Made by a program: the position numbers and the translations under genes
The notes under the pieces: generated by a model
Told to the model about the DNA's origin: nothing
Database searches by the model: none
Seen by the model: the letters and a program-made list of their open reading frames with translations, nothing else
In this document: positions 50,747-59,380 of the stretch, piece after piece
Layout of the letters: every line of letters starts with the position of its first letter
Position numbering within the stretch: position 1 is the first letter of the stretch
Assembly: GCA_965279525.1 (NCBI GenBank)
Contig: CBDIIB010000004.1
Coordinates: 480,001-544,000 of the forward strand
Reading direction: 5' to 3'
Source: Tagaea sp.
GTDB taxonomy: Bacteria; Pseudomonadota; Alphaproteobacteria; CACIAM-22H2
Length of the DNA: 64,000 nt

Positions 50747-51456
50747 GCGGCCGGCTCGACCTGCGGCAAGGGCCCGTCCTTCCAGCCGCAAAGGCGCATC
50801 TGGACTTTCATGTGCTCGGGAACCTGGGCAACCGCCTTGACCGGCGTACGACGCGGATAGAGCGGCACGCGGATCTCGCGGGCATGAAGATGCAGCGTAT
50901 AGCGTGCGGCGCGCGTCGCGGTTCCGCCATAGACCGGATCGCCGAGGATCGGGCAACCGATTGCCGCAAGATGGACGCGCAGCTGGTGCGTGCGGCCGGT
51001 CTTCGGCTCGAGGGCGAGCCACGAAAGTCCGTCCCCCGAACCGATGCGCCGGTAGCCGGTCTGCGACGGCTGGCCCGTGGGATCGACGCGCATGTTCCAG
51101 CCGGTCTTGCGGTTCTCCTTGGCGAGCGGCAGGTCGATCAGTCCCTCGTCCTGCGGCGGCTTGCCGACGACGACGGCCCAATAGACCTTGCGCACCTGAC
51201 CTGCCGAGAACAGCCGCCCGAGCTTCGAAAGCGCCTTGCGATTGCGCCCGAGCACCAGGCAGCCGCTGGTATCCCGGTCGAGCCGGTGGGCGAGGTCGGG
51301 CGGCTGGGCATTGCCGAACTGCAGGCCGCCCAAAAAGTCGCGCAGGTTCTCGCCGCCGCGCGGGCCGGCATGGACCGCAAGGCCGGCCGGCTTGTCGAGG
51401 ATAAGCATCAGGCCGTCGCGGTAAAGCAGGCGGGATTCGAGTTCCTGGGGCGTCAT
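50743..51456 (-). CDS. RluA family pseudouridine synthase
   Basis: DKPAGLAVH, HRLDRDTSG, TGRTHQLRVH, GDPVYG, LHLHA. Confidence 0.94.
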   Translation of the reverse strand: MTPQELESRLLYRDGLMLILDKPAGLAVHAGPRGGENLRDFLGGLQFGNAQPPDLAHRLDRDTSGCLVLGRNRKALSKLGRLFSAGQVRKVYWAVVVGKPPQDEGLIDLPLAKENRKTGWNMRVDPTGQPSQTGYRRIGSGDGLSWLALEPKTGRTHQLRVHLAAIGCPILGDPVYGGTATRAARYTLHLHAREIRVPLYPRRTPVKAVAQVPEHMKVQMRLCGWKDGPLPQVEPAA

Positions 51457-51537
51457 GGCGGGCAAGCTACACTCTTCGCTGGCGATATGCGAAGGGCTCG
51501 CTAAGGTGCTGGCCCTGCTGGAGGAGACCGGAATCCG

Positions 51538-52389
51538 ATGGGCGATACGGCCCGAAACGACGTCAAGGGTGCCATCTACATCGTCAGCGGGGCCATCTGC
51601 TTTGCCATCTGCGGGGGATTGCTCAAGCATTTGACCGCTGAAATGTCGTGGGGAACCGTCGGTTTCCTGCGACACGCCTTCGCGCTTCCTTTTTTCCTGC
51701 CCATGATCTGGCGGAAGGGATGGGGAAGCGTCGCGACCCGGCGGCCGCTCGGACACCTGCTGCGGGGAGCCGCCGGATTCTCAAGTTTCATGTTGTTCGT
51801 CGTGGCACTCATGCAAATGCGGATGGGCGACGCATTCGCGCTCTCCTACACGACACCATTCTGGTCGCTCGCCATTGCCGTGCTGGTATTCGGCGAGCGG
51901 CTCGGCATCCAGCGCGTGGTCGCGACGGCGGTCGGTTTTGCCGGCGTCCTGATGGTGGTCAAGCCGGCCGGCGACTATAACGTCTTTGCCTTCGTGGCGC
52001 TCGCCAGCGCTGGCCTGACATCGATCGCGATGATGATGGTCAAGCAGCTTTCGGCGACCGAGCCGCCGGACCGCATCGCTTTCTGGTTCATCCTGAGCGG
52101 TCTGCTGCTCGGCGCACCTCTGGCAGCATTCGCCTGGACCCCGCCAGACGGTGCCGCTCTCGGTCCGCTTCTCCTGCTCGGTGCCTTGACCTGGCTGGGC
52201 CAGCGTTGCCTGTCGCGCGGCTATTCGCTCGGCCAGTTCTCGAAAATGGCGCCGCTTGTCTTCGTGCAGGTCGCGATCGCGACCGGGATCGGAATCCTCT
52301 ATTTCGGCGAAGTCCCCGATCCGCTGGCGGCGGTCGGCATGGTGCTGATCGCGGCGGGCGCCATCGCCGTCGTCCGGCGCAGCGGCTAG
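51538..52389 (+). CDS. DMT/EamA family transporter
   Basis: About 10 TM helices in two EamA repeats (FGER, GF.GVL...KP, FGEVP). Confidence 0.88.
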   Translation: MGDTARNDVKGAIYIVSGAICFAICGGLLKHLTAEMSWGTVGFLRHAFALPFFLPMIWRKGWGSVATRRPLGHLLRGAAGFSSFMLFVVALMQMRMGDAFALSYTTPFWSLAIAVLVFGERLGIQRVVATAVGFAGVLMVVKPAGDYNVFAFVALASAGLTSIAMMMVKQLSATEPPDRIAFWFILSGLLLGAPLAAFAWTPPDGAALGPLLLLGALTWLGQRCLSRGYSLGQFSKMAPLVFVQVAIATGIGILYFGEVPDPLAAVGMVLIAAGAIAVVRRSG

Positions 52390-52390
52390 T

Positions 52391-52759
52391 TCACTTCCAG
52401 ACGACTTCCTTGACCGACTTCTTCTTCGGCTCGGCCGCCGGTGCGGGCGCCTTGGCGGCAATGGCCGCCGCCGCCGACTTGGTGCCGCCCAGGCGGTTCA
52501 GGATCGACGACATCGTCATGCTGTTCTTCTGCTTGATCGCGACGCCTTCGGCCGTCTCGGCAACGCGCTTGCGCTGGTAGACGGGCAGGGCGTCGAAGGT
52601 CCGGCGGGCACGGTCGATGTTGATCGTCGTCGGCCGCTCGGCCGCCAGCTTGACGAATTGCTGGATCTTGGAATGTTCGCCAAGAATCTGCCCCACCGAC
52701 GACGCCAGAATCTGGAGCGCCGCCTTGTCGACCTGTTCCTTGGCTTCTTCCGAGTCCAT
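52391..52759 (-). CDS. Hypothetical protein
   Basis: ORF with typical codon usage, helical core and A/K/P-rich tail; start estimated. Confidence 0.7.
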   Translation of the reverse strand: MDSEEAKEQVDKAALQILASSVGQILGEHSKIQQFVKLAAERPTTINIDRARRTFDALPVYQRKRVAETAEGVAIKQKNSMTMSSILNRLGGTKSAAAAIAAKAPAPAAEPKKKSVKEVVWK

Positions 52760-52848
52760 GAGGCGTGACTTTACCGTATTTTCGCGCACAACATCAATGA
52801 ACTGACATCGATTCCGCCGCACGGGCAAGCGGCTTCGGAGGGGCCAAG

Positions 52849-53175
52849 ATGCTGACGATCCTGCTGCTCATATGCTCGAACATATTCATGACGTTCGCCT
52901 GGTACGGCCATCTCAAGTATCCGCACTGGCCGCTCTGGCAGGCGATCGGCGTGAGCTGGGGCATCGCATTCATCGAGTATTGCCTGGCGGTACCGGCAAA
53001 TCGCTACGGCTACGGCACGTTCACCGGCGTCCAGCTGAAGACGATCCAGGAGATCGTCACGCTGGCGGTGTTCGCGGTCTTCGCCATCGTCTGGCTGGGC
53101 GAGGGGCTCAAATGGAACCATCTCGCGGCCTTCGGATGCCTCGTCGGCGCCGCGTTCTTCATATTCTGGGAATGA
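52849..53175 (+). CDS. DMT-like small membrane protein (DUF486)
   Basis: SNIFMTFAWYGHLK, SWGIAFIEY...VPANR, QLKTIQE. Confidence 0.92.
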   Translation: MLTILLLICSNIFMTFAWYGHLKYPHWPLWQAIGVSWGIAFIEYCLAVPANRYGYGTFTGVQLKTIQEIVTLAVFAVFAIVWLGEGLKWNHLAAFGCLVGAAFFIFWE

Positions 53176-53222
53176 AAAAGAAAAGCCGGCTTGCAATGAC
53201 CCGGAGGGTTCTGCAAGCCGGC
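53175..53222 (-). terminator. Rho-independent terminator of the candidate sRNA
   Basis: Minus strand GCCGGCTTGCA...TGCAAGCCGGC (11-bp stem) followed by TTTTCTTTTT. Confidence 0.8.
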
Positions 53223-53299
53223 GGACCAGGCCAAGGGACCAACTTGACCGAGGAAGTTTGAACATGGAGACCGGCGGAAGAAGGCCGGGTGAAGAGTGT
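53176..53299 (-). ncRNA. Candidate small regulatory RNA (about 125 nt)
   Basis: Promoter upstream, three hairpins with CU-rich loops, intrinsic terminator; no credible ORF; 5' end estimated. Confidence 0.6.
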
Positions 53300-53306
53300 G
53301 AGAGCA

Positions 53307-53334
53307 TTTATATATAATTTTATGAAAATGTCAA
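53307..53334 (-). promoter_or_regulatory. Putative sigma70 promoter of the candidate sRNA
   Basis: Minus strand TTGACA-N16-TATAAA in an AT-rich patch. Confidence 0.6.
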
Positions 53335-53399
53335 AGTGATTTTATGAGAATTTATTTAAAGAGCTTTATCGGAATCAAAAATTCATATAAATAATTATA

Positions 53400-53412
53400 A
53401 ATCAAATAGTTA
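53400..53412. promoter_or_regulatory. IHF consensus box
   Basis: AATCAAATAGTTA matches WATCAANNNNTTR, preceded by an AT-tract. Confidence 0.55.
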
Positions 53413-53475
53413 TAATGTTTTTCTACCACTGCGTTGGAATTGCGGCCCGCACTCCAGATCAGATAGGCTGCCGAT

Positions 53476-53742
53476 ATGCTCTGGAAAAATATCTTCGGAC
53501 TCGTCGCGTTGCTGGCATTGGCGCACCCCGCCGGCGCACAGACCGGCAAGCCGCCAGCCAGCTATTCGGACTGCGATGCGCTCTATGCCCGCGAGATCAA
53601 GAAGGCGGTCGCCCAGACCGGCAAGAACCTGCGCGAAACCCAACATCTGGCCGGGCTGCAGCGCCTGCGCTGCGAGCGTGCCGTCGAGCGCAAGCTGATC
53701 ATGGACCGCGCGAAGGGCGCCAACCGGCCGGGCGGCCGGTGA
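53476..53742 (+). CDS. Small secreted hypothetical protein (two Cys)
   Basis: Signal peptide ending PAGA|Q; helical mature part. Confidence 0.72.
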   Translation: MLWKNIFGLVALLALAHPAGAQTGKPPASYSDCDALYAREIKKAVAQTGKNLRETQHLAGLQRLRCERAVERKLIMDRAKGANRPGGR

Positions 53743-53745
53743 AGC

Positions 53746-54285
53746 TCAGTCTTCCTTGTCGTCGAACCGCAGCAGGCGCGGCGCACGCTCGATGACAACC
53801 TCGAGGATCTGCTCGGCCGCGATCAGGTCGGCACGCGTGCGATCGTTGAGCCGGTTCAGGTAACGCTCGCTCTCGATACGCTCTTTCGCGTGATAGAGAC
53901 TGCGCAGCTCGGACTTGAAGACGTCGCGCGCACCCAGCGGCAACTCGCGCTTTTCGGCCAGGATGCGCAGGAAATGAAGGCTCGCCGTGACGATCGACGA
54001 AAGCATGAACGCCGTCAGCTCGTCGAATTTCTCGGCAAGCGCGGCGGCCTTCTCGTCGCGTAGGCGCTTCAGCTTGTATTCGATGACGATCGCCAGCGTG
54101 TCGAAATCGTCGACGACCTCGCGGAACGCCACATAGGCCTTGAACTTGTCGTCGTTCGCCTCGTTGGCCGCCTGCTGTGCTGCGAGGATCACGCGCGTGG
54201 CGCCGCGCTCGAGCGCCAGGAGCATCTCGCGCACCTTGGCGATGACGATCTCGTTCTCGCGGTCGATCTGTGTGCTGGAAAGCAT
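53746..54285 (-). CDS. Hypothetical helical protein (paralog B)
   Basis: 179 aa; shares DDFDTLAIVIEY, ELPLG, SELRSLY and IERAP with the upstream gene. Confidence 0.82.
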   Translation of the reverse strand: MLSSTQIDRENEIVIAKVREMLLALERGATRVILAAQQAANEANDDKFKAYVAFREVVDDFDTLAIVIEYKLKRLRDEKAAALAEKFDELTAFMLSSIVTASLHFLRILAEKRELPLGARDVFKSELRSLYHAKERIESERYLNRLNDRTRADLIAAEQILEVVIERAPRLLRFDDKED

Positions 54286-54812
54286 TATACGGCTCCGCCG
54301 ACTTCCAATTGCAGCAGGCTCGGCGCGCGCTCGATGATCACGCCGAGGATCTCTTCGGCCGTCTCGATGTCCTTGACCGCACGCGACGAGATCTTGTTTT
54401 TGTAACGATCCATTTCAAGCAGCTGCTTGACCCTGTAAAGGCTGCGCAGCTCGGACAGGAAGATGTCCTTGGAGCCGAGCGGAAGCTCGTTGCGATGCGC
54501 AAGCAGCCGCAGGAAATGGAGACTCGTCTGCAGGGTCGCCGAAAGCATGAAAAGGGTCAGTTCCTCGAACTGCGCCTCGAGCGCCTTGTCGCGGCCGCCA
54601 CGCAGGTTCTTGAGGCGATACTCGATGACGATCGCCAGCGTGTCGAAATCGTCACAGGACCCGCGGAACTTCGCGTAGATGCCGAATTCCTCCTGGGCGA
54701 TCGCGCCGGATACTTCCTTGGCGGCCGAGATGACGCGGTCGGCGTGGCCTTCGAGCGCTGCCAGGAGCTGCTCGACCTCGCGCCGCGTGTGCTGTGTGGC
54801 AGGTCTCGACAA
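54285..54812 (-). CDS. Hypothetical helical protein (paralog A; TTG start estimated)
   Basis: Homology to paralog B; its stop overlaps the start of B (TAATG). Confidence 0.8.
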   Translation of the reverse strand: MSRPATQHTRREVEQLLAALEGHADRVISAAKEVSGAIAQEEFGIYAKFRGSCDDFDTLAIVIEYRLKNLRGGRDKALEAQFEELTLFMLSATLQTSLHFLRLLAHRNELPLGSKDIFLSELRSLYRVKQLLEMDRYKNKISSRAVKDIETAEEILGVIIERAPSLLQLEVGGAV

Positions 54813-54911
54813 AGGGGGGCCCGGCTTCCGGTGGCGACGGCGCAGGATGGACCAGCCGATGGCGTTCGCGCAACGCTTTCGGCCGCCCGCCGGTCCCGCT
54901 AGTCTTGCGCC

Positions 54912-55520
54912 ATGCCAAGGGCCCGGGCCGGCGATTTCGGCGCAAAACAGCAACTGATCCGCGATCGGGCGGCCGAACTCTTCGCGTCGCGCGGATTCGC
55001 CGCCACGTCGACCGCCGACGTGGCACAGGCCTGCGGGATTTCGAAGGGGCTGATCTGGCACTACTTCGAATCGAAAGAGGCGATCCTTTTCGACCTGTTG
55101 CACGCGCATGTCGATGCGCTCGACGCCGCGGCGACGGCCGCGCTTGCCGAATCCGCCGATCCGCGCGCCCAGCTCCGGGCGTTCCTGCATGCCCATCTCA
55201 GGCTTTATGCCAACGCCCGCGCGCGGCACGTCCTGCTGGTGAGCGCACTTGAAAGCCTTGCCCCGCGACAGCGCGGCATCATCATCGCCAAGCAGCGCAG
55301 GCTCGTCGAAACGGCCGCGGGCCTGCTGGCGCGCGTGGCGCCCTCGCTCAAGGGAAATACGGCGCTGCGCTGGCCGGCGGCGATGGGCCTCTACGGATTC
55401 ATCAACTGGACCTACACGTGGTTCGATCCGGCGGGACCGACCACGCCCGAAGCCTTCGCCGAGTTCGCCTGCACGACATTCCTGTCGGGCATCGAGACCG
55501 CGGCGAAGGCCCGGACCTAG
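54912..55520 (+). CDS. TetR/AcrR family transcriptional regulator
   Basis: AAELFASRGFAATS..DVA..CGISKGLIWHYFESKE; NWTYTWF. Confidence 0.92.
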   Translation: MPRARAGDFGAKQQLIRDRAAELFASRGFAATSTADVAQACGISKGLIWHYFESKEAILFDLLHAHVDALDAAATAALAESADPRAQLRAFLHAHLRLYANARARHVLLVSALESLAPRQRGIIIAKQRRLVETAAGLLARVAPSLKGNTALRWPAAMGLYGFINWTYTWFDPAGPTTPEAFAEFACTTFLSGIETAAKART

Positions 55521-55523
55521 GCG

Positions 55524-56567
55524 CTAGACGCCGGACGGAAGCTTGCGAAGCTCGGCGGCCGGCAGGAACGCGTTGGTGTAGATGAGGTCGTTCGACGGCA
55601 CCTGCGGGATGTTGAACGTCTCGCACAGCGCGACGATGTTCTTGGTCAGGCGTGCGGCATCGACATGCCCGATGCCGTTTGCGCGCGTGGTCGGCGTGGC
55701 GATCGACTGCTCGAGCACCATCTGGTAGCGCGGCAGTTCGACTTCCATCGTGTTGAGTGGCTGACGGCGTACCGCCGCCTGGATCGAGGCGCGCGGATCG
55801 GCCATCATCGCCTGCATCGATCGCGCGGTCGCCCGCGCGAAGCCGCGCGCCACGTCCGGGCTCTTTTCAAGGAAGTCCTTGCGCGCGAAGATCGTCGAGC
55901 CGAACAGGTCGATGCCGACGCTGGCATAGGCGATCCAGCCGATCTGGTCGAGCGGCACACCCGCACGGACCATGTTGAGCGCCACCGACGACACGAAGCC
56001 GGTCGCACCCTGCGCTTCGCCGCGCACGACGAGCGTCTCGCGCAGCGGGAAGTCGATGTGGCGAAGCGTGACCTTCGAGGGATCGATCCCGGCGGCACGC
56101 GCGAACAGCGGGAACATCTGCCGGCCGGCGTCCGGCTCGGGCGCCGCGAGGACCTTGCCCTCGATGTCCTTGGCCGACGTGATGACGCCCTTCTTGAAGA
56201 CGATGCCGTGCTGGAGAAGGTCCCACAGCACGAAGAAAGACGTGACGGCGGTCGCCGGGTTGGTTGCCGTGAAGCGGGCGAGCGTCCCGAAATCGCCGAA
56301 GCCGATGTCGTAGGTGCCCTGTGCGACGCGGGTAACGGCCTGCCCGGAACCCGCACCGCCATCGATCTGCACGTCGAGGCCTTCGTCGGCGAAGAAGTTC
56401 TTCTCGACACCGTAGAGGAAGTTCGACTGCGGTCCCCAGAAATCGACGTCGAGTGTGAATTTCACGCGCGTCTTTGCCTGTGCCAGGGCAGGGGCCGCGA
56501 GTGTGCTCGCAGCAGCGGCACCCGCAAGGCCAAGGCCGAAGGTGCGACGGGAGAACGAGTTGGTCAT
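55524..56567 (-). CDS. ABC substrate-binding protein (NMT1/THI5/SsuA-like), Tat-exported
   Basis: SRRTFG twin-arginine signal, APALAQ; GLDVQID...GSG, DIGFGD. Confidence 0.86.
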   Translation of the reverse strand: MTNSFSRRTFGLGLAGAAAASTLAAPALAQAKTRVKFTLDVDFWGPQSNFLYGVEKNFFADEGLDVQIDGGAGSGQAVTRVAQGTYDIGFGDFGTLARFTATNPATAVTSFFVLWDLLQHGIVFKKGVITSAKDIEGKVLAAPEPDAGRQMFPLFARAAGIDPSKVTLRHIDFPLRETLVVRGEAQGATGFVSSVALNMVRAGVPLDQIGWIAYASVGIDLFGSTIFARKDFLEKSPDVARGFARATARSMQAMMADPRASIQAAVRRQPLNTMEVELPRYQMVLEQSIATPTTRANGIGHVDAARLTKNIVALCETFNIPQVPSNDLIYTNAFLPAAELRKLPSGV

Positions 56568-56699
56568 GGCTGGAAGGCCTTTCGCCGGAGGATCGCGGAC
56601 GCAAACGCGCCCTTCCTCCCCGGCTTGCAAGCCGGAGGCCAGCGGCACCCACGCGAAAGTTCCGGTTTTACCGCGACTTGGCTGCCGAATTTCCCGGCA

Positions 56700-57698
56700 T
56701 CAGGCGCCGAGGACTTGGGCAAACTGGGCAGGGTCGACATTGCCGCCCGAGGCGACGACGACGACCGTCTTTCCCCGGATCGGGTACTTGCCGCTCAGCA
56801 CGCTGGCGAGTGCCACCGCTCCGCCCGGTTCGACCACGAGCTTGAGTTCGAAGAACGCGGTCGCCATCGCGGCACGCGCCTCATCGTCGCTGACGGCAAG
56901 GCCGCCCTTCAGCAGCCGCTTGTTGAGCGCGAATGTCATCTCGCCCGGCGTTGCGGCGAGCAGTGCATCGCAGATCGAACGGGCCTTGGGATCGTTGGAC
57001 TCCCGCTTGCCGCTTTCGAGGCTGCGCTTCGTGTCGTCGAAATCCTTCGGCTCGGCGGAATAGACCGGCACGCCGGGCATGGCCTGCGAGAGCGCCAGTG
57101 CCGTGCCCGACACCAGGCCGCCGCCGCCGCAGCAGACGATGACGGCGTCCGGCCTGATGCCGAGCGCGCCGCATTGTTCCGCGATCTCCAGCCCGATCGT
57201 TCCCTGGCCGGCGATGATGTCCGGATCGTCGTAGGGACGCACGAGCGTAGCGCCGTGCTTGGCCTGCAGCTCAAGGCCCATCGCCTCGCGGTCCTCGGTG
57301 TAGCGGTCGTAGGGAACGACGGTCGCGCCGAATTCCTTCGTGCGCGCGATTTTGATCGCCGGCGCGTCCTTGGGCATGATGATCCACGCCGGAATGCCCA
57401 GCATGCGCGCCGCAGCGGCAACTCCTTGCGCATGGTTTCCAGACGAATAAGCGACGACGCCATTGGCGCGCCTGGCTTCCGGGATCTGGCAGAGCTTGTT
57501 GTAAGCGCCGCGGAACTTGAACGAGCCCGTGCGCTGGAGCGGCTCGGCCTTGACCAGCAGCCGGCCGCCAAGCTTCTCGTCGAGGGCGGGCGAGCCGAGC
57601 AGGGGCGTGCGAACGGCATGGCCGTCGATGCGCCGGGCCGCCGCGCGCACGTCTTCGAACACGGGGAGGTCAGATTTCGTTGCGGCGGAGGAACTCAT
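56700..57698 (-). CDS. PLP-dependent threonine/serine dehydratase family protein
   Basis: QRTGSFKFRGA, SSGNHAQG, GGGGL, VVEPGGA, SGGN. Confidence 0.93.
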   Translation of the reverse strand: MSSSAATKSDLPVFEDVRAAARRIDGHAVRTPLLGSPALDEKLGGRLLVKAEPLQRTGSFKFRGAYNKLCQIPEARRANGVVAYSSGNHAQGVAAAARMLGIPAWIIMPKDAPAIKIARTKEFGATVVPYDRYTEDREAMGLELQAKHGATLVRPYDDPDIIAGQGTIGLEIAEQCGALGIRPDAVIVCCGGGGLVSGTALALSQAMPGVPVYSAEPKDFDDTKRSLESGKRESNDPKARSICDALLAATPGEMTFALNKRLLKGGLAVSDDEARAAMATAFFELKLVVEPGGAVALASVLSGKYPIRGKTVVVVASGGNVDPAQFAQVLGA

Positions 57699-58524
57699 CG
57701 ATGGCCTCGATACTGGCGGGTTCTTCGAGCGACGGCGTGTGACCGACCCCTGGCAGCTCGATCTGCGCGAGGTCGGGATTTGTCCGCTTCATGCGGGCAA
57801 ACGTGTCGGGCGAAAGCACGTCGGAAACGCCGCCACGGACGGCGAGGATAGGCAGATGCGCCACCGATTTCCAGAGTGCCCACAGGTCGAGATCGGGATC
57901 GACGCCTCGGCGGACAGCCTTGTGCAGGTTCACGTCCCAGTCGAAGTGGAGCAACCCGTCCGCACCTTGGCGATAGGTGTTCTTCGCCACGCGGATCCAG
58001 CCAGCTTCATCGCTGACCGACAGGTTAGGCAGCAGCTTGCGGATATGCGTCGCGGCAGACGGCCAGTCCGGCTGCGGCCGGTCGACGGAAATGTAGTCGA
58101 GAATGCGCGACTGCCCTTCGGCCGAAATGTCGGGGCCGACATCGTTGACGATCAGGCCGGCGAGGGATGCCGGCATCGCGGCCCCCATCGCCATGCCGAG
58201 CAGCCCGCCCATCGACGTGCCGATCACGACGAAACGGTGCAGGCCCTCGATCGCCAGCAACGCTCGCAGATCGTCGAAATAGAAGGCCGGGTCGTAGGTC
58301 CGCCAGTCGGCGGAATAGGCCGAGCGGCCGCGCCCGCGCAGGTCTGGGCTGACGACACGGCGGCCCGCGGCGCACAGCCGTGCCGCCACGGACGTGAAAT
58401 CCCCCGAGTGGCGCGTGAGGCCGGGGATGCACAGGACCGGTAGCGCCGTGACCTGCACCGGCTCGTAGAGGCGGTAGAAAAGCTTCAGACCGTCGCTCGA
58501 CGTGTAGTGGCGCTCGAGGCTCAA
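57670..58524 (-). CDS. Alpha/beta hydrolase
   Basis: PGLTRH..DF, GRGRS, GTSMGG, GVGHTP. Confidence 0.9.
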   Translation of the reverse strand: MSLERHYTSSDGLKLFYRLYEPVQVTALPVLCIPGLTRHSGDFTSVAARLCAAGRRVVSPDLRGRGRSAYSADWRTYDPAFYFDDLRALLAIEGLHRFVVIGTSMGGLLGMAMGAAMPASLAGLIVNDVGPDISAEGQSRILDYISVDRPQPDWPSAATHIRKLLPNLSVSDEAGWIRVAKNTYRQGADGLLHFDWDVNLHKAVRRGVDPDLDLWALWKSVAHLPILAVRGGVSDVLSPDTFARMKRTNPDLAQIELPGVGHTPSLEEPASIEAIDEFLRRNEI

Positions 58525-59318
58525 GCGCGCTCCTCATCCTTGGCGCGGTTCCACAACGCGTCCATCTCGGCGAGGTCCGACTGTGCGGGCGTGCGGCCCT
58601 GTTCGGCCAGCAGCGCTTCGATACGCCCGAACCGGCGCTCGAACTTGGCGTTGGCACGCCGCAGCGCCGTCTCGGCGTCCACGCCGGCGAGCCGCCCCAC
58701 ATTGACGACGGCAAACAGCAGGTCGCCGACCTCTTCTTCGATCGCGGCCTGGCGCGGACTGCCGAGTTCGGCACCGAGTTCCTCGACTTCCTCGGCGACC
58801 TTCTCCAGCGCCAGCTTGGCGTCTCCCCAGTCGAAGCCCACGCGGCTCGCGCGCTTCTGGAGCTTCTGCGCGCGCATCAGGGACGGGAAGGCGACCGGCA
58901 CGCCGTCGAGGACGCCCGACTTCGCATCCTTGGCCTTGCGCTCGTGCGCTTTGAGGGTTTCCCAGGCTTCGGTCTGCGCATCGGCGTCCTTGATTTCGCG
59001 CGTCGCGAACACATGCGGATGGCGGCGGACCATCTTGTCGCTGAGGTCCGTGGCGACAGCCTCGAAATCGAAATGTCCGGCTTCCTCGGCCATCCGCGCG
59101 TGGAAGACCACCTGGAACAGCAGGTCGCCGAGTTCCTCGCGCAAGGCCGCCATGTTGTTCTTCTCGATCGCGTCGGCGACTTCGTAGGCTTCCTCGATCG
59201 TGTAGGGCGCGATGGTCGCGAAATTCTGCTCGACGTCCCACGGGCAGCCTTCGGTCTTGTGGCGCAGTCGGGCCATCACGGCGAGCAGCCGGGACATGGG
59301 CGAGGGATCTGCTGTCAT
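58521..59318 (-). CDS. mazG: Nucleoside triphosphate pyrophosphohydrolase MazG
   Basis: GCPWD.EQ, IEEAYEVADAI, EELGDLL, RRHPHVF, EEEVGDLLF. Confidence 0.96.
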   Translation of the reverse strand: MTADPSPMSRLLAVMARLRHKTEGCPWDVEQNFATIAPYTIEEAYEVADAIEKNNMAALREELGDLLFQVVFHARMAEEAGHFDFEAVATDLSDKMVRRHPHVFATREIKDADAQTEAWETLKAHERKAKDAKSGVLDGVPVAFPSLMRAQKLQKRASRVGFDWGDAKLALEKVAEEVEELGAELGSPRQAAIEEEVGDLLFAVVNVGRLAGVDAETALRRANAKFERRFGRIEALLAEQGRTPAQSDLAEMDALWNRAKDEERA

Positions 59319-59380
59319 TTCGGCTGTTTCCGGCGGGCAGGGGGAAGATTGGAAAGGGCGCCGCCAACCTAGGCGAGGCG

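Noticed and set aside
52771-53307. 178-aa minus-strand ORF covering the sRNA candidate
   Set aside because: Runs through a strong intrinsic terminator and antisense to the DUF486 gene; no RBS
56568-56699. TPP or other riboswitch upstream of the NMT1/THI5-like binding protein
   Set aside because: The leader is GC-rich and structured, but I found no TPP core (CUGAGA) or other recognisable aptamer motif
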